Made by a program: the position numbers and the translations under genes
Shown here: piece after piece, positions 60,027 through 64,000 of the stretch
Numbering within the stretch: the first letter of the stretch is position 1
Layout: each line of letters opens with the position of its first letter
Origin: Paragordius varius
Taxonomy: Eukaryota > Animalia > Nematomorpha
Direction: 5' to 3'
DNA length: 64,000 nt
NCBI GenBank assembly: GCA_964247055.1
Contig: OZ176050.1
Coordinates: 9,858,001-9,922,000, forward strand
Notes under the pieces: model-generated
Database searches by the model: none
Seen by the model: the letters and a program-made list of their open reading frames with translations, nothing else
What the model was told of the DNA's origin: nothing

Positions 60027-63000
60027 ATGTTTACAAACGATGACAAAAAGCCACCATACCCTGGTTTTAATATATTCCCAACGCCAAATTCACAGGGCCA
60101 AAATATGGGATATGGCCAACAACAAAATCAACCTTATCCAAATCCTGGATTCTCATTTCCAGGGAACCATCCCGATTACAGTTCAATGCAACCGCATCCC
60201 TCCGGGTATGGGACATATGGTCAAAATTCCAATTATTCATCATCCAACCCTCAACCACACTTATCCGGGTATGGTAATTTCGGTGGCGTTCCAAATCCCA
60301 CACCAATCCAACAACCACATGCATCAGGATACGGAAATTATGGTGGTATTTCTAATCCTACACCAATGCAACCTCATGCCTCAGGATATGGAGCTTTTGG
60401 CCTACCTTCATCTCAGCCTTCGCAATATGGTTATGGGGTTCAACCTAACCCCCCTCCTCAATCAAATTATAATAAAAACAATTATTCTAATCCAACGCCA
60501 CAAATGTCAAATTCTACAAGTCCGTACAATATAAATGTAACATAACATTTTACCATATTTCAATAATTTTTAAAATCTAAAAAATATATTATACTCTTGT
60601 TGCAATTTTTTATGACTCATATAACATTATTGTTTATTTGTGCATAAGCTATATACGTGCGAAGGAGCAGGAATGTTACATTTTTATTTTTGCATCCTTA
60701 CTTTTTTGCTATACATTTTTACTCATATTACGCTTTTTTGTTTATCATTTCAAAATATTCAATATTTTTATCATTCCATTATGCTAGCGGTATTTTACAT
60801 AATATTTGATTTATTTTTAAGGCAATCAAGTTAAACATAATTGTATTTTATTAATATCATATAAAGGATTTTGGTCCAACTATAAGGGACTTTCCTAATT
60901 TCGATGCTCGCCGCGATGCGGAAACTTTGCGAAAAGCCATGAAAGGATTCGGTATATATTTTTTTGATTTTTCCATATCTTAGTTAATGTTTTAACCTTA
61001 TTTTTTTATTATATAAAATTTTGAATGATATAAATTTGTTTTGACAACATCTTAATTATGTTTTTGAACTTAATTTTATCACATTTTTGAAAATATGACA
61101 GATCCTACATTGTTGATAAAATTAAGGTGTAATTAGGGATTGGAGGCAGTACTGTTTTTGTGGAATCTTAAACAATAATTTTCTATCGGAATTTAAAAGT
61201 TTTTAAAAATGGTTTAAGAACCATTTTTAACACCGGGACCGAGTTTCAAACGGTTTTATTATTTAAGTTGTTTATATAAGTTTTTAATAGTAACATATAA
61301 ATTTTTCTATTTTTCGTTGTATTTTGCTCATTTTTTAACAAAAAATATTTTTGGAATCGTAGCCAGGTTGTTGCAAACAGGTACGGTTTCGGTTTTAATC
61401 ACTAATATATATTCGTAAGAAATTACATAGATTTTATTGTTTTTTATAAACATCTCTAGTAACTTGATGAATTTTTGAGTCAAATGTTTTGACCATTTAC
61501 TTTAAATGGAAGTTTATCGAATTAAATTACCGGATAAAATGATAATAATTTATAAAAGACATTCTTATACCTATATATTATTTTTTATCTTATATTACAA
61601 AGCATATTTAATTTCATGGCGTCCAAATTCAATTTGATTAATAATTAAATAGCTATTATCTAAAGAATTTTATTTTCATCTTAGTATTTTCTCGCAAAAA
61701 CTTATTTTATAAAATTGTCCACAGCTTGCATAAAAAATTATTCATTTGACCTGCAAATTATGTAAAAACAAATTAAATATTCTGACAACGTTTTAGTTTT
61801 TAATTAGTAAAAATAGTGGTATGCTATTTATAAAAAATTAACAAAAGGCCTCTTATGTAATGAATATTATTTTTAAACTATATTTTTATATCCAGGTACC
61901 AATGAAAAAGCCATAATCGATGTTTTAACCAAACGATCCAATAGACAACGTCAACAAATAGCACAACAGTTTAAAATGTTGTATGGAAAAGTATTGCTTA
62001 AAAATTATGTTTTTATCTCAAAAATAAAACTCTTTAATTAAATAAAATAACCAAAAATTTAGATTTTAATTCTAGGGATTTAAAAAAATTCTTTTTAGTT
62101 TAGTCAAAAGGTTATAAACAAATTTAATAAATAACACTTGTATAAATAATATTATGCCAAAAAATAAACATATGAAACGTAAATGTTGTTTTATTGATAT
62201 TAAGAGATTTGAAAAATTTCTTAGATTTTAATTGTTTTACAATAGTAAAAGTTTTAAATGGTATAATTTCTGACTACAAGCTTTCTGCTACGTAATGGGT
62301 ATTAAAGTGTCCAAAAAAGAAACAATTGAAATTGATTTGATTGAAAAAATTAAACTTATAATAAAAACATTTATCTAGTATTTTTAATTATATATATTTT
62401 ACATTATTTTTGTCGTAGGATCTAATTAATGATTTAAAAAGTGAATTATCCGGAAAATTTGAGGCTGTTATATTGGCATTGATGACTCCAACCTATCAAT
62501 ATGACGCCGAATTATTGAGACGTTCTATTAAAGTTTAGTACTTAAAAAAATATTTTTTCTAATCTTTTAATATATGATTTTATGGTTAACCTAAAAGATA
62601 TATATATATAATGTAGGGTTTAGGTACAGATGAAGATTTGTTGATAGAAATTTTGTGTAGTCGCAATCCCGCTGATATACGGCAGATTAAACAAGTCTAT
62701 CAACAAAGTAATACTTTTTATACTTGTTAATTAAATTAGAAGTGTAAAAAATTAAACAATGACTATTTAAATAGAAAAAATTTAAAGAATAAGTTGCAAA
62801 ATTATACTAGAGCGGCATGAAACTTTTTTCATATGATTTTTTTGTAAATGTTTTTAAGTTCAAAAAACATATTTTTTCTTTTTATTTTTTGTTTATATGC
62901 CAAGTTTATTTCGTATGTTGTGTAGTTTTTTCATAATATTATGCATATAAATTTAATTTATATTAGTTAATTAACAAATTTTTTATAATTCTAACTTGAT

Positions 63001-63826
63001 TAGTGTACAACCGTGACTTGGAAAAGGATATTATAAATGACACATCCGGTCATTTTCGACGTTTGCTTGTTTCATTAGCCACGGTATAACCAATTTCTTA
63101 TTCATATAATAATAATTTAATAATATTGCTATTTTATCTTATATAATTGATACAATAAATAATTTATACCATACGGTTTTCATACAATAATATTAATAAT
63201 ATTTTTTTTATTGCATTAGGGAATGCGTGACGAAAATAATAATGTGGATATGGGATTGGCGAAGCGAGATGCAGAGGTAAATAATTTTAATGATAATTTA
63301 TAATTTTAAGGCGCTTACGTATTAATAACCTTGTCATTTACACATATTACTTATCAATCCATAGGGTTGACTATTTGAATGGTTAAAATTAAAACGTATA
63401 TGACTGCATGAATGTGCAGTCATTAATCAAATTTGCAACAATATAAATATATTTTATAACTAAATAAAGTTCAAATACATTATTAACAATAAACCAGGCT
63501 TTGATTTTAAATCTCTTTTTTTATCATATTGAAAAATTTACTATCATTATTCGAACCCAACACCATTAATATATTACTAACCCCGCTTAAAAGTAAGATA
63601 CTTAAAATGGCGGATATATGGATATATATTGTTTAGGCACTTATTCAGGCTGGCGTAAAGAAAATAGGGACGGACGAAAGTACTTTTAATGCCGTTCTCG
63701 CTTCACGCAGTTTCCCTCAACTGCGAGCCACTATCGATACATACAGACAATTGACGGGCCATACGCTAGAACAAGCTATTAGAAGCGAAATGTCTGGAGA
63801 TTTGGCCGCAGGAATGATTGCAGTTG
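60027..63826 (+). CDS. ANXA7: Annexin with long Pro/Gly/Tyr/Gln-rich N-terminus (A7/A11/B11 type); runs off the window end
   Basis: Exons 60027-60536, 60867-60951, 61896-61990, 62419-62532, 62617-62707, 63004-63083, 63220-63276, 63637-63826; [74 protein letters not shown]; exact orthologue and start codon uncertain. Confidence 0.9.
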
Positions 63827-64000
63827 GTAAGTTTAATTTTTAGCGCTTTTATATTACGATGTACATATTTGCGAAAAATTAATTTACAATATTCAAGTTA
63901 GTTTTTTATAAATGTTTTTGAGTGGCTAAAATGTTGATAATTTTAGTTATACATATATGCGACGAATGTTATTGAAAAACTAAACAAATCTCAATTGCAT

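Noticed and set aside
60067-60534. Overlapping alternative-frame and antisense ORFs (also 18911-19123, 20597-20839, 30039-30310, 55332-55743)
   Set aside because: Shadow ORFs of genuine exons caused by codon bias
61134-61404. TAGGGAT...ATCACTA hAT-like MITE in annexin intron
   Set aside because: Ends are suggestive but flanks do not give an 8-bp TSD

Overview
Very AT-rich, intron-rich animal (metazoan) genomic DNA; no prokaryotic systems, rRNA, tRNA or CRISPR arrays were found. Hand-spliced genes: a heme peroxidase (+, ~2257-14268), an unidentified spliced gene (+, ~15777-16987), Yorkie/YAP (-, 17911-24949), CCT4 (+, 29163-38519), a small intronless MG-N-M-C-S ORF (-, 40461-40814), EF-1alpha (-, 55325-56939) and an annexin A7/B11-type gene (+, 60027 to beyond the window end). 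Introns and intergenic DNA are packed with nested DNA transposons whose ends and TSDs can be read directly (Helitrons, Buster/SPIN-type hATs, CACTA-ended, piggyBac-like TTAA and TA-flanked MITEs, RTE-like LINE relics). Most striking: 22-26 nt spliceosomal micro-introns in conserved genes alongside multi-kb TE-filled introns, a YAP lacking WW1, His-rich insertions in CCT4, a four-level Helitron>hAT>hAT-MITE>Helitron nest, one Helitron head paired with two different 3' ends, and repeated generation of long inverted repeats. All coordinates were counted by hand and may be off by a few bases. Host identity cannot be determined here (a nematomorph or other AT-rich invertebrate is only a guess).
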